Assembly (NCBI GenBank): GCA_964552875.1
Contig: CAZKIY010000003.1
Span: 1,324 to 38,243 of the forward strand
Direction: 5' to 3'
Origin: an uncultured Planctomycetaceae bacterium
GTDB lineage: Bacteria > Planctomycetota > UBA1135 > GCA-002686595
DNA: 36,920 nucleotides
This document shows, piece after piece, positions 1-11,289 of this stretch. The translations under genes and the position numbers were made by a program. Every line of letters begins with the position of its first letter. Position 1 is the stretch's first letter. The notes beneath the pieces were generated by a model. The model saw only the letters and a program-made list of their open reading frames with translations. It did no database searches and was not told the origin of the DNA.

Positions 1-182
1 TCGCGCACGAAGAAGGCGCCGAGGCTCGGGAAATCACGGATCGCCAAGCGCACCTCCGAGAGGTCCGCACCCGCGTAGCGCGCGAATCCGCCGTAGACGG
101 CCGCGCGCAAGAAGCGCGGCACGCGGAGGTCGGTCGCCCAGCCCATCAACCGGGAGAGGCCCCGGCGCGCAAAGCGGGTCAT
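1..182 (-). CDS. psd: Phosphatidylserine decarboxylase-like protein, N-terminal part only (gene runs off the window edge)
   Basis: The reverse-strand ATG at 182-180 overlaps the stop of the upstream gene (ATGA). The translation MTRFARRGLSRLMGWATDLRVPRFLRAAVYGGFARYAGADLSEVRLAIRDFPSLGAFFVR resembles bacterial Psd proenzyme N-termini. It is absent from the ORF track because it is open at the edge. Confidence 0.55.
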   Translation of the reverse strand, partial: MTRFARRGLSRLMGWATDLRVPRFLRAAVYGGFARYAGADLSEVRLAIRDFPSLGAFFVR

Positions 183-955
183 CCGCCGGACGCGCCCCCG
201 CCCTGACCGCCGGCGCCGTTCTGTTCGCGGCGCGCCGGGCGATTCCCGCCGCCACCATCGCCACCCGAACCGCCGCCACCGAAACCGCCACCGCGGTAAC
301 GCTCGATCTCGGATTCGGCGATCTGTCGTCCCGTGTCGGGCCCGAACAGGCGCTCGAGTTCCTGCGTGGACCAATCGCGCGCGTCGCGCATCGCGGTGCG
401 GAGTTGCTCGCCGTCCATCGCGCCGCTTTCGCGAGCCGCGCGCATGGACTCACGCACCTCGTCGAGCTTGGTCTTCGACTGCAGGTAGTAGTCGGCGAGC
501 TGACGTTCTTGCGCCTCATTCAAGCCGAAACGTTGAGCCTGGCGATCCGCGCGTTGAAGTCTGTTCTCCTCTTCGCGCTTCAGCCGTTCCTCTTCGCGAC
601 GGCGCTCATCAGCCGCCTTCTCGTCGGCGATGACCTGGAGGATCTGCTCGCGTTGGCTCGCGACGAGCGGCGCTGCCGACGTCGTCGTCTTCGGAACCTC
701 ATCGGGGATCACGGCCGATCGCGCGGCAGCCGTCCGTAGCTCGCGGATCTGCGCTTCGAGATCGGCCACTTCCATGGAGAGCGCGTCGATCCGTTTCTCG
801 GCGTCGAGCGACAGGTTGGAGACCGACGGCGCATCTCGTTTGGCCGGTTCGACCGGGGCGCTCGTGGACGTAGCGGGCGGCGCGAACAGGGCGGCACCCG
901 CGGCACCGGCAGCAGCGGCGACGAGAAGTGCGGCGAGGATGAGGAGAATCTTCAT
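179..955 (-). CDS. Secreted coiled-coil protein with a Gly-rich C-terminal tail (function unknown)
   Basis: The internal ATG at 955-953 gives MKILLILAALLVAAAAGAAGAALFA, a signal peptide. The 302-aa track ORF start is probably too far upstream. The protein has a charged, heptad-like E/R/Q-rich core and ends in GGGFGGGGSGGDGGGG. High GC3. Confidence 0.6.
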   Translation of the reverse strand: MKILLILAALLVAAAAGAAGAALFAPPATSTSAPVEPAKRDAPSVSNLSLDAEKRIDALSMEVADLEAQIRELRTAAARSAVIPDEVPKTTTSAAPLVASQREQILQVIADEKAADERRREEERLKREEENRLQRADRQAQRFGLNEAQERQLADYYLQSKTKLDEVRESMRAARESGAMDGEQLRTAMRDARDWSTQELERLFGPDTGRQIAESEIERYRGGGFGGGGSGGDGGGGNRPARREQNGAGGQGGGASGG

Positions 956-1095
956 GGAGGTGCCTGGAACCGAGCGATTCGAGCGAGTGAATCTTATGAG
1001 TTTCTGAAGGCGGAGGCACGCACGGTGCTCCATCCTGCTCGCCCGATGAACCCACGGCCGGTGCCCAGGTTCCTCGAAGGCCGCCACGGACTCCC

Positions 1096-2240
<1,145 letters not shown>

Positions 2241-2244
<4 letters not shown>

Positions 2245-2927
2245 GTGTGAATCCTGTGGACCGCGCGATCGTCGTCATGGCGAAGGCGCCCATCGCGGGG
2301 CTCGCGAAAACGCGGCTGCAGCGTGAAACGGGGCTCGAACCGGAGGCGATCTCGAGGCTTGCGAATGCGTTCCTCACGGATGTCCTGGCGAGCTGTGCTC
2401 GAGTGACCGAGGCACGGACCGTGATCGCGTTCACGCCGGAGGGCGGCCGGGACTTCTTCGCGGCCGCCGCGCCCCACGCGACGCTCGTCCCGCAGGTCGA
2501 GGGCGACCTCGGCGCTCGTATGCGAGCTGCATTCGAATTCGCGTTCGCGACCGGTGCTTCGGCCGTCGTCATGATCGGGACGGATGCGCCGCACTTCGGA
2601 GCGACGAGGATTCGTGCCGTATTCACCGTCTTGGAGCGCGCGCCGTGCGTGATCGTGCCCGCGGACGACGGTGGTTATTGCGCGATCGGACTCGATGACC
2701 CGTGCACAGGACTCTTCGCGAACGTGCCCTGGAGCACGAGCGAAGTCCTCGACGTCACGCTGGCGAACGCGACTTCGTCGGGGATCCGGGTCGAACTCGT
2801 CCCGCGCGAATTCGATGTCGACACCGCCGCCGATCTCGATCGACTGGCGGCGCTCCTCGCCGTGAGCCCCGAGCGTGCGCCGAAGACCGCGCGTGAACTC
2901 CGATCCTTCCCGCGTCGAGGTCAGTAG
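2241..2927 (+). CDS. DUF2064 / TIGR04282-family glycosyltransferase-like protein
   Basis: The GTG start overlaps the upstream stop (GTGA). Motifs seen: AIVVMAKAPIAGLAKTRL, GDLGARM, VVMIGTDAPH, PADDGGYCAIGL, VPWSTSEVL. Confidence 0.65.
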
Positions 2928-4441
2928 CCCAGCGACTTCAGGATGCGAACCGTCTCCGCGTCGTTCGACTCGAATGCCGCGCGGTGTTCGCGCAGGATCG
3001 CTCCGAGTTCGGGAAAGCGCGCGTCGAGCGCCGTGAAGCGCGCGAGCTCGGCTTGCAATCGTTCGACAGGCGCGCGCGTCGGTGGATCCGCGGCAAGGTT
3101 CGCCTCCTCGAAGGGGTCCTCAGCGAGGTCGTACAGCTCGTCGGACAACGTGACGAGTCGACGCGCTCCGTCCTGCGCAGCCGTGGCGTGCACGAAGCGA
3201 CGGATCCACTTCCACCCGCCGATCCTCACCGACTTCGATTGGACGGCGCCTTCGGTCTCGTCGCGGTCGATTTTCTCGGCGAAAACAGGGCGAATCTCCT
3301 CCGCGCCGGATCGCCACGCGGCCGCGAGTGACTTGCCGCGCGCGGGTGCCGGCTCTCCGAGCGGAGGAAGTCCGAGCAAGTCGAGAAGCGTCGGTGCGAG
3401 GTCCGTGAGGCTCGTGTCGGTGCCGCGCACGCCCGGTGATGGTCGCTTCGAGAGACTTTCGGGCCAGCGCACCAGGAGCGGCACGCGCACGGTCGCCTCG
3501 GACACGTTGCGCCCGTGTTCGAACCAATAGTCCTGCTCGCCGAGACTTTCGCCGTGATCCGACGTGACGACGACGAGCGTGCGCTCGAGTTCGCCCGTCG
3601 TACGCAATGCATCGAGGAGTCGGCCGAGCTCGTGGTCCGCGTAACGCACCTCGGCGTCGTACCGCGCGATGACGCGGGCCGCGTCGATCCGCCCGTTGGC
3701 TCCGCGTGCATCGACGGGCACGTTGTAGTCGGCGATCCAGCGTCGGTTCAACCCCGACGGTTCTGGGGTAGGGGGCATCGGAATCCACGCCGGATCCGTC
3801 TCGGAAAAAACCTGGTGTTCGATCGGCGCTTCGTAGACGCCGTGCGGATCCATGAGGTGCAACCACAGGAACCACGGCGCGCCCTCGCGGCGCATCGGAG
3901 CCCGCGGACCTGCGTTCGCGGAGGGGGCACCGAGACCGAGCGCCGCGAGCGCACCCTCGACGAGGGACCGAGCGGTGCGCTGCGGCACGTTCTCGGGCGG
4001 GACGCCTTGCACGTCCGGCAGATCCTCGGTCCACGAATCGAAACCGCGCGCCAGGCCGGAGAAATCGTCGCGCAAGACGAAGTTCCCGACGATCGCGGCG
4101 GTCGAATACCCGGCCTCGCGCAGTCGTTCGGCGAGGACCGGGCGCGACGCATCGATGGGCACCAGCAGGTCGCGTGCGCCGTGTTCGTGGGGGTAGAGCC
4201 CCGTCATCAAGCTCGCGATCGACGGCGTCGTCTTCGCGCGCGGTGCGGTGACGCTGGTGAATCGCAGTCCTTCGCGGGCGAGGCGATCCAGGTTCGGCGT
4301 GATGTCCCGCGGATAACCCGCACACGAGAGTCGGTCCGCGCGCCATGTGTCGATCGTGACGAGCAATACGTTCGGTCGTTCCGGCGCGCGCGAGCACGCA
4401 GCGGAGAGGAGCGCGACGACGGCGAGCGCGATGAGCTTCAT
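2921..4441 (-). CDS. Sulfatase-fold (alkaline-phosphatase superfamily) lipoprotein, non-canonical active-site motif
   Basis: Lipobox LLSAAC. N-terminal PNVLLVTIDTWRAD metal site and SDHGESLGE are present. The position of the C/S-x-P-x-R formylglycine motif reads T-T-P-S-I (4231-4217). Confidence 0.85.
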   Translation of the reverse strand: MKLIALAVVALLSAACSRAPERPNVLLVTIDTWRADRLSCAGYPRDITPNLDRLAREGLRFTSVTAPRAKTTPSIASLMTGLYPHEHGARDLLVPIDASRPVLAERLREAGYSTAAIVGNFVLRDDFSGLARGFDSWTEDLPDVQGVPPENVPQRTARSLVEGALAALGLGAPSANAGPRAPMRREGAPWFLWLHLMDPHGVYEAPIEHQVFSETDPAWIPMPPTPEPSGLNRRWIADYNVPVDARGANGRIDAARVIARYDAEVRYADHELGRLLDALRTTGELERTLVVVTSDHGESLGEQDYWFEHGRNVSEATVRVPLLVRWPESLSKRPSPGVRGTDTSLTDLAPTLLDLLGLPPLGEPAPARGKSLAAAWRSGAEEIRPVFAEKIDRDETEGAVQSKSVRIGGWKWIRRFVHATAAQDGARRLVTLSDELYDLAEDPFEEANLAADPPTRAPVERLQAELARFTALDARFPELGAILREHRAAFESNDAETVRILKSLGY

Positions 4442-5166
4442 CGCGACCGCACGAACGTCGGGTCGATGTAGCGCGCACCGAGGACCTTCGCGCGGTCCCG
4501 CTCGTCGGCCTCGGGGACCGCGCGCAGGAATCGAAGGTCGAACGCGCTCGCGAGAGACTCCGCCACGAGGATCCCGACTTCGGCCGGTCCTCTATCGCGA
4601 CCTCCGCCCGGGATCGTCGCGACGCCGGTCTCGAGGATCGATTCGCCGAGCTTGATCGATCCGTGGTGGAGCACGCGGCCTTTCTTGCGTCGCTGCGCGG
4701 AACCGACGCCCTTCTTGCCGTTCCACGCGAGATCGAGCGGCGTCGAGGTGTGGAAGCACATCCCCGTGCCGGTGCGGTCGGACTCGAGGATCGTGTCGCC
4801 GCGCGGCGCGGCCTCGACGCCGACTCCGCGCAGCGCCGTGGACAGCGCCGCGTGTACGCGCGTATACGAATCGGCCACCGTTCCTCGATAGATCGGGTGA
4901 TCGAGCGACACCGCGATCGAGAACGTCAGCTCGTTCACATGATGGATCGCACCACCGCCGGTGATTCGCCGCACGATCGCACGCGCGCGCTCGTGCCCCG
5001 GCACGTCGGCGAGCGACTGGAAATACCCCAGTGAAAGCGTGTCCGGCTTCCACGTGTAGAGCCGCAGTGTCGGCGGCGCGAGGGGTTCTTCGAGCAGCGT
5101 CTCGTCGAGGCCCATGTGAAAGGCCGGATCGGCGCCGAAGGTGACGATCAGGCGCCAAGGTTCCAC
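4438..5166 (-). CDS. Lipoate-protein ligase / octanoyltransferase family protein (BPL/LPL catalytic domain)
   Basis: Motifs seen: LRLYTWKPDTLSLGYFQ, RRITGGGAIHH, and GKKGVGSAQRRKKGRVLHHGSI with the conserved Lys. Its stop overlaps the start of the sulfatase-like gene. It sits next to the gcv genes, whose H protein needs lipoylation. Confidence 0.8.
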   Translation of the reverse strand: MEPWRLIVTFGADPAFHMGLDETLLEEPLAPPTLRLYTWKPDTLSLGYFQSLADVPGHERARAIVRRITGGGAIHHVNELTFSIAVSLDHPIYRGTVADSYTRVHAALSTALRGVGVEAAPRGDTILESDRTGTGMCFHTSTPLDLAWNGKKGVGSAQRRKKGRVLHHGSIKLGESILETGVATIPGGGRDRGPAEVGILVAESLASAFDLRFLRAVPEADERDRAKVLGARYIDPTFVRSR

Positions 5167-5215
5167 GCCGCGATCCTATTCGGAGCACGACCCCGCACTG
5201 AAGCCAGAACTCGCC

Positions 5216-6274
5216 TCAGGCCGAGCGAGCGGCGAGGAACGTGTCGCAAGCGATCTCGAGGATCTTCGGACGGTCCTCGGCCGCGATCTGGAGGAAATCG
5301 AACTCCGGCAGTTGTTCCAACCGCGCGGATTCGCCCATGCCGCCGATCGAGAGCACGAGATCGATCGTGTGGACGAGCCGTGCCAGAGCCGCCTCGCGCG
5401 GGAACGATTCGTTGCGCTCGTACTGGTGGTGGCGCCCGGCCACGGAGACGAGTTCCTCCGGCAGTTTCCAGGCTTGCGCGATGCGCTCACCCGCGCGTTC
5501 GTGCTGGAGGAAGAACACACGTCCGAGGAGGCACGGTCGCACTTCGGCGCGGTCGCGGACCTCGCGGCGGACGGTTTCGATCAGTGCGATCTTGCCGATG
5601 TCGTGGAGCAACCCGATGAGGAACGCGCGATCCGGATCCATCCCCAGCGAGGGACCGATCGCGCGTGCAATCTGGCCCGCGGATTGGGATTGCCGCCAGA
5701 CCTGCGTCGCGACGTTGGCGATGGCCTTGTCGTGCAAAAGCATCGTTCTCATCGAGACCGACATGATCATGGAGCGCGTCGCGCGCATCCCGAGTCGGAC
5801 GACGGCGTCGCGCAGCGTGGTGCACGGATGCGCGCCCGCGTAAAGGGCCGAGTTCGCGACGCGCAGCATCTCGCTCGAGAGCACGGCGTCGTGCGCGAGG
5901 AGCTCGACGATGTCGGCGACGTTCGCGGAGTTCTTGGCTGTCATCTCCATCGCAGCGAGGCTCGACTGCGGGAGGTGGGGCAGGATGAGATCACCCGACT
6001 CGACCCTCTTCGCGACCGCGCTGAGGATCTGGTTCTCGCGCCCCGTGAGCGTCTCGTTGAAGTGATCGCGTCCGTCGAGCATCGACAGGATGTCGCCGTC
6101 GCACACCGGCTGGTCGATCGTAGGCGGGTTGCGCGTCGCGGGGATCGGCCCGGGGATCGAGTCGAGATCGGTGGCGCGGGCCCGGCCCTCCTGCGTGGTG
6201 GCGCGCTGCGCCAGCGGACGCGCCTTTTGGGCTGGAGCGCCGAGTCCGAGCAAACGCTTGAGGAAAGCCAGCAT
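5216..6274 (-). CDS. HDOD domain signalling protein
   Basis: Motifs seen: LPHLPQSSLAAMEMT...VADIVELLAHDAVLSSEMLRVANSALY...TLRDAVVRLG...LIGLLHDIGKIAL, which is the typical HDOD layout. Confidence 0.8.
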   Translation of the reverse strand: MLAFLKRLLGLGAPAQKARPLAQRATTQEGRARATDLDSIPGPIPATRNPPTIDQPVCDGDILSMLDGRDHFNETLTGRENQILSAVAKRVESGDLILPHLPQSSLAAMEMTAKNSANVADIVELLAHDAVLSSEMLRVANSALYAGAHPCTTLRDAVVRLGMRATRSMIMSVSMRTMLLHDKAIANVATQVWRQSQSAGQIARAIGPSLGMDPDRAFLIGLLHDIGKIALIETVRREVRDRAEVRPCLLGRVFFLQHERAGERIAQAWKLPEELVSVAGRHHQYERNESFPREAALARLVHTIDLVLSIGGMGESARLEQLPEFDFLQIAAEDRPKILEIACDTFLAARSA

Positions 6275-6486
6275 GGGGACGGAACGAAGCGGGACTCCTC
6301 CCGAGTCTCCGGATTCCTATCGGTCGCGATGCCCTGGACCTTGATCCTCGCGCCCTGGCGTCCGTCCGCCGCCCGTTCCCTGCCGATGCGCCGGCTCACA
6401 AGATGCGCCGGCGAAGCGCCGACCGAGGCGCCGGCGCCGTGATGACCCGCGGCGGAGTTCGGGTGCCGCCGCCGTCAGACCTCTTC

Positions 6487-6546
6487 ACCACGCAGGTCGA
6501 GCGCGACCCGCGCATTCACCACGCACGTCGAGCGCGACCCGCGCAG
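6487..6546. repeat. Tandem direct repeat, 2 copies with a 31-bp period, between the gcvP stop and the HDOD gene start
   Basis: caccacgcaGgtcgagcgcgacccgcgca (6487-6515) and caccacgcaCgtcgagcgcgacccgcgca (6518-6546) show 28/29 identity. Each copy contains a small gtcg-agcg-cgac hairpin. Confidence 0.8.
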
Positions 6547-6555
6547 CTCAGACGC

Positions 6556-9495
6556 TCACTCGGGTTGCGGGGTCCCGTACGAATCGATCGGCGGGCACGA
6601 GCACACGAGGTGTTTGTCGCCGTAAGCGTTGTCCACGCGACTGACGGACGGCCAGAACTTCGACTCACGCGTCCACGGAGCGGGATACGCGGCCGATTCG
6701 CGCGAGTAGCGTCGCGACCACGTGTCGGAGATCACGACTTCCTGCGTGTGCGGCGCGTGCTTGAGCGGGTTGTCCTCGCGGTCGAGCTCGCCGCGCTCGA
6801 TCTGAGCCACTTCGGCACGGATGCGCGCCATGGCATCGACGAAACGGTCGAGTTCGGCGCGACCTTCGCTCTCCGTGGGCTCGACCATGAGCGTTCCGGC
6901 GACGGGCCAGCTCATCGTCGGCGCGTGGAACCCGAAGTCCATGAGACGCTTGGCCACGTCCTCGACCTCGACGCCCGCGGACTTCAACTGCCGGCAATCC
7001 AGGATGCACTCGTGCGCGACGAGCCCGTTCGCCGCGCGATACAGGATCGGATAGCTCGACTCGAGACGCTTCGCGACGTAGTTCGCGTTCAGGATCGCGA
7101 CCTCGGTCGCATGACGGAGCCCATCGGGGCCCATCATCGCGATGTACATCCACGGGATCGGCAGGATGCTGGCGCTGCCCCACGGAGCCGACGAGATCGG
7201 GCCGATCGCGTGCTGACCGCCGATCGTCGTCGCGTTCGGATGTCCGGGCAAGAACGGCGCGAGGTGCTTCGCGACAGAGATCGGGCCCATGCCGGGTCCG
7301 CCCCCGCCGTGCGGGATGCAGAACGTCTTGTGCAGGTTCAAGTGACAGACGTCCGCGCCGATGTCGCCCGGTCGGCACAGCCCGACCTGCGCGTTCATGT
7401 TCGCGCCGTCCATGTACACCTGGCCGCCGTGACGGTGGACGACGGTGCAGATCTCCGCGACGCTGGCTTCGAAAACGCCGTGTGTCGAGGGATACGTGAT
7501 CATCAGCGCGGCGAGGCGCGACGAGTTCGCTTCGGCTTTCGCCTTCAAATCGGCGACGTCGACGTTGCCCTGCTCGTCGCATTCGACGACGACCACTTTC
7601 ATCCCGGCCATCACGGCGCTGGCGGGGTTCGTCCCGTGCGCGGAGTGGGGGATGAGGCACACGTCGCGCTGCGGGGCGCCACGGTCCTGGTGGTACGCGC
7701 GAATGACTTGGAGTCCGGCGTATTCGCCTTGGCTGCCCGCATTCGGTTGCAGCGAAGTCGCGGCGAACCCCGTGATCTCCGAAAGCCAAGCTTCGAGCTC
7801 CGCGAACAGCCGCTGGTAGCCCTTCGTCTGCGTCGGCGGCGCAAACGGATGGATGCGGCCGAAACCGGGCTCCGTGATGGGCAGCATCTCGGCCGCCGCG
7901 TTGAGCTTCATCGTGCACGAGCCCAACGGGATCATCGAGTGGACGAGCGAGAGGTCCTTCGATTGCAGCTTGTGCAGGTAGCGCATCATCTCCGTCTCGG
8001 AGCGATGCGTGCGGAAGACCGGGTGCGTGAGGATGTCGCCCTTGCGCGCATGAGCGCCTAGATCGGGAACGGTGGTCCGCCCGACGAGCGCCTCGACCTC
8101 TGCGAGAGTCGTCTCGTGATTCGTCACGACGCCGATCAAGTCCGCGACGTCCTGGAACGTCGTCGTTTCGTCGAGCGCGATGCCGACGCCGTCTTCATAG
8201 AGGCGCAAGTTGATGCGCTTCGTCTCGGCCGCGCGCAGTACGCGCCGCATCTCGGAGTGCGTGAGGTCGACGCGCAGGGTGTCGAACACGATGCCCGGCC
8301 GCACTTTCGCGCCCACCGCGAAGAGCCCGGACGCGAGCGACGCCGTGAGGTGACGCACCCTTCGCGCGATGCGTTGAAGGCCGTCGGGCCCGTGGTAGAC
8401 CGCGTAGCAACCGGCCATCACGGCGAGAAGCACTTGCGCCGTGCAGATGTTGCTCGTCGCCTTCTCGCGACGGATGTGTTGCTCGCGCGTCTGCAACGCG
8501 AGGCGCAACGCCCGGCGCCCGTTCCGGTCGACGGAAACGCCCGCGAGACGGCCGGGAAGGCTGCGTTTCCAAACTTCTCGCGTGGCCAGGAACGCGGCGT
8601 GCGGTCCGCCGAAACCGAGCGGCACGCCGAAACGTTGCGTGTTCCCCACGGCGACGTCGGCACCCCAGGCGGCGGGCGGTTCGAGGAGGACGAGCGACAG
8701 CGGATCGCAAGCGGCTACGACGTGCGCACCGGCGGCGTGAGCGCGCGCGGCGAACCCGGACAAGTCCCGCACGATGCCGTCGGTCGACGGATGCTGCGCC
8801 AACGCGCCGAAGAAGCGGCCGGCCTCGAACTCGAACGTCATCGGATCACCGACGACGATCTGGAAGCCGAGCGGCAGCGCGCGCTGCTTCACGACCTCGA
8901 TCGTTTGCGGATGGCAGGCTGCGTCGACGAAGAACGCGATCGCGCTCTTCGACTTGGCGACGTCGTGGACGAGCGCCATCGCCTCCGCGGCCGCCGTGCC
9001 CTCGTCGAGCATCGACGCGTTCGCGATCTCGAACCCGGTGAGGTCGGCGACCATCGTCTGGAAGTTCAGCAGTGCTTCGAGACGACCCTGCGAGATCTCG
9101 GCTTGGTAGGGCGTGTACTGCGTGTACCAGCCGGCGTTCTCGAGCACGTTGCGCAATACGACGGGCGGCGTGACGCAGTCGTGATAGCCCTGGCCGATGT
9201 AGGTGCGGAAAACCTGGTTTTCGGCGGCCATCTTGCGAATCGCGACCAACGCGTCGCGCTCCGACAACGCGGTCGGCAACTTCAGCAGGCCTTTCATCCG
9301 GATCGCCGCCGGCACCGCCGCGTCGACGAGCGACGCGAGCGATGTGTGACCGACGACCGCGAGCATCTCGGCCACGTCCGCCGCGCGCGGGCCGACGTGT
9401 CGGTCTACGAAACGGTCCTGAGCGGTCGCTTGGGTTTCGCGCATGGGGGTCGTCGCGCTTGCGGCGCGCACTTCGTCACGGATCGTCGGTGTCAT
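6556..9495 (-). CDS. gcvP: Glycine dehydrogenase (decarboxylating), single-chain P protein
   Basis: 979 aa, colinear with bacterial GcvP. Includes [20 protein letters not shown] and the PLP-lysine region [19 protein letters not shown]. Confidence 0.95.
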   Translation of the reverse strand: MTPTIRDEVRAASATTPMRETQATAQDRFVDRHVGPRAADVAEMLAVVGHTSLASLVDAAVPAAIRMKGLLKLPTALSERDALVAIRKMAAENQVFRTYIGQGYHDCVTPPVVLRNVLENAGWYTQYTPYQAEISQGRLEALLNFQTMVADLTGFEIANASMLDEGTAAAEAMALVHDVAKSKSAIAFFVDAACHPQTIEVVKQRALPLGFQIVVGDPMTFEFEAGRFFGALAQHPSTDGIVRDLSGFAARAHAAGAHVVAACDPLSLVLLEPPAAWGADVAVGNTQRFGVPLGFGGPHAAFLATREVWKRSLPGRLAGVSVDRNGRRALRLALQTREQHIRREKATSNICTAQVLLAVMAGCYAVYHGPDGLQRIARRVRHLTASLASGLFAVGAKVRPGIVFDTLRVDLTHSEMRRVLRAAETKRINLRLYEDGVGIALDETTTFQDVADLIGVVTNHETTLAEVEALVGRTTVPDLGAHARKGDILTHPVFRTHRSETEMMRYLHKLQSKDLSLVHSMIPLGSCTMKLNAAAEMLPITEPGFGRIHPFAPPTQTKGYQRLFAELEAWLSEITGFAATSLQPNAGSQGEYAGLQVIRAYHQDRGAPQRDVCLIPHSAHGTNPASAVMAGMKVVVVECDEQGNVDVADLKAKAEANSSRLAALMITYPSTHGVFEASVAEICTVVHRHGGQVYMDGANMNAQVGLCRPGDIGADVCHLNLHKTFCIPHGGGGPGMGPISVAKHLAPFLPGHPNATTIGGQHAIGPISSAPWGSASILPIPWMYIAMMGPDGLRHATEVAILNANYVAKRLESSYPILYRAANGLVAHECILDCRQLKSAGVEVEDVAKRLMDFGFHAPTMSWPVAGTLMVEPTESEGRAELDRFVDAMARIRAEVAQIERGELDREDNPLKHAPHTQEVVISDTWSRRYSRESAAYPAPWTRESKFWPSVSRVDNAYGDKHLVCSCPPIDSYGTPQPE

Positions 9496-9684
9496 TGGGA
9501 TCGTCGTACTTCGGCTGCCGGGTGGGGGCCGTGCACGTGCACGGACTCGTACGTCGCTCGGAGTTCCGCGCGGCGGCCTCTCCGCCGCCTCTCGGAGACC
9601 GTGGAGAATTCACGGGCTCGAGCCAGCCGCGAAGCGGCGCAGATGGAGTCTCTGCACGTGAAGACTCGATTTCTGCAAGTGCTC

Positions 9685-10125
9685 TCAGTGCTTCTTTTCG
9701 GCCAAGAAACGCTCATAGGCGGCGGCGTCCATCATCTTCGGGAGCTCCTTCGAGTTCGGGCGGATGCGCACGAGCCAACCTTGGTTCCACGGATCCTTCG
9801 AGAGGATCTCGAGATGGTCCTCGATCGCCGTGTTCGTCTCGACGACTTCGCCGGCGACAGGCGTGTAGAGATCGGAGACGGCCTTGACCGACTCGATCTC
9901 GCCGAAGGTCTCGCCTTGGTCGAGCGCGCGGCCCGACTCCGGCAGATCGCAGTACACGAGGTCGCCCTCGTTGCCGTTGCACAGCTCGTTGATGGCGAAG
10001 TCGGTGATGCCGATGAGGACGGTCTCACCGTCGACCTTCACCCACTCGTGGCTCTCGGTGTAGCGGCGGTCGTCGGGGCGCGCGGAACGCGTGGCGGATT
10101 TCTGGCTCATGTTCGAAGGGTTCAC
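9685..10125 (-). CDS. gcvH: Glycine cleavage system H protein
   Basis: YTESHEWVKV and the lipoyl-lysine motif GEIESVKAVSDLY are present. The GTG at 10125 overlaps the gcvT stop (GTGA). An alternative ATG start lies at 10110. Confidence 0.9.
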   Translation of the reverse strand: MNPSNMSQKSATRSARPDDRRYTESHEWVKVDGETVLIGITDFAINELCNGNEGDLVYCDLPESGRALDQGETFGEIESVKAVSDLYTPVAGEVVETNTAIEDHLEILSKDPWNQGWLVRIRPNSKELPKMMDAAAYERFLAEKKH

Positions 10126-11219
10126 TTCCGGGTGCGAGAGAAGAACGGCAGCGCGCAGAACGTTGCGGCCTGGCGCTTGCCCTTGATGTCGATCTCGGCC
10201 GCGGTTCCCGGTTCACCCAGGTGAACCGGGACGTACGCGGTGCCGATGTTCGTGCTGAGAGTGGGTGACGGCGATCCGGATGCGACCGCGCCGACGACCG
10301 CGCCACTGACCGCGACTCCGTATCCCTGACGCGGGGCGCGCGGTCCGTCGGTCTTCACGCCGACGAGGCGGCGCACAGGCCGCGCGCGGATGGCTTCGAG
10401 CGCGCTGCGACCGATCCAGTCGCCTTTTTCAGGCGCAAACGACACGCCGAATTCGAGTCCGGCCTGGATCGGATCGTGGGTCGCGTCGATCTCGTGGCCG
10501 TAGAGCGGCATGCCGGCTTCGAGGCGCAACGTGTCGCGCGCGCCCAACCCGATCGGCGCGATGTCGTGCATCGCGCCCGCGGTGAGCACCTCGTCCCACA
10601 CGCGGCTCGCGGCGTTCGTCGGCACGTACAGCTCGTACCCGAGCTCGCCGGTGTAGCCCGTGCGACTGACGCGCACGTTCGGGATGCCGCACACGGTGCC
10701 GTACGCGAACTTGTAGTAGCCGAGCTTCGCGAGGTCGATGCCCTTCACGACGTGCTCCGTGATCTCCCGCGACTTCGGACCTTGCACCGCGATCATCGCG
10801 AGCTCGTCCGTCTGATCCTGGATCACGACGTCGAAGCCCTTTTGGTGCTCGCGCATCCAAGCGAGATCGACGTCCGTGTTCGACGCGTTCACGACGAGGA
10901 ACACTTCGTCCGTGTCGGGATAGACGAGCAAGTCGTCGATGGGCATGCCGTCCGCACGACAGAACAGCGCATAGCGGATCGAGCCGGCGCTGATCTTCGC
11001 GACGTGGTTCGTGAGCAGCCGATCGAGGTACGCGACGCGGTCCTTGCCCGTGACGCGCACGCGACCCATGTGCGAGAGATCGAAGAGCCCGGCGTGCGTG
11101 CGCACGCGCGTGACCTCCTCCAGGATCGGCCCGTACTGGACCGGCATCTCCCATCCGCCGAACTCGACGAGGCGCGCGCCGTGGCGGACGTGCCGGCTGT
11201 GCAGCGGTGTGTTCTTCAT
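10122..11219 (-). CDS. gcvT: Aminomethyltransferase, glycine cleavage T protein
   Basis: Motifs seen: LVEFGGWEMPVQY, GLFDLSHMG, VSRTGYTGELGYELY, RDTLRLEAGMPLYGHE. Confidence 0.95.
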   Translation of the reverse strand: MKNTPLHSRHVRHGARLVEFGGWEMPVQYGPILEEVTRVRTHAGLFDLSHMGRVRVTGKDRVAYLDRLLTNHVAKISAGSIRYALFCRADGMPIDDLLVYPDTDEVFLVVNASNTDVDLAWMREHQKGFDVVIQDQTDELAMIAVQGPKSREITEHVVKGIDLAKLGYYKFAYGTVCGIPNVRVSRTGYTGELGYELYVPTNAASRVWDEVLTAGAMHDIAPIGLGARDTLRLEAGMPLYGHEIDATHDPIQAGLEFGVSFAPEKGDWIGRSALEAIRARPVRRLVGVKTDGPRAPRQGYGVAVSGAVVGAVASGSPSPTLSTNIGTAYVPVHLGEPGTAAEIDIKGKRQAATFCALPFFSRTRK

Positions 11220-11289
11220 CGAAGGTCAGGGGTCGGTGCGTGGGGGAGAGAGACGGTCCGCGCGGGGTTCCGCGTCGATCGAGTCGCTT

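Noticed and set aside
6403-10224. Long plus-strand ORFs (6403-8061, 552 aa; 8116-10224, 702 aa) antisense to gcvP and gcvH
   Set aside because: They lie exactly opposite genes with unmistakable GcvP/GcvH/GcvT sequence. Their translations are Arg/Asp/His-rich and low in complexity, with no family resemblance. This is the usual stop-codon-poor antisense artefact of a very GC-rich genome. The same reasoning applies to 14193-15269(-), 15837-17297(-), 21722-23701(-), 26667-28601(+), 11207-12769(+), 10429-11718(-), 34841-36088(-) and 35626-36771(+).
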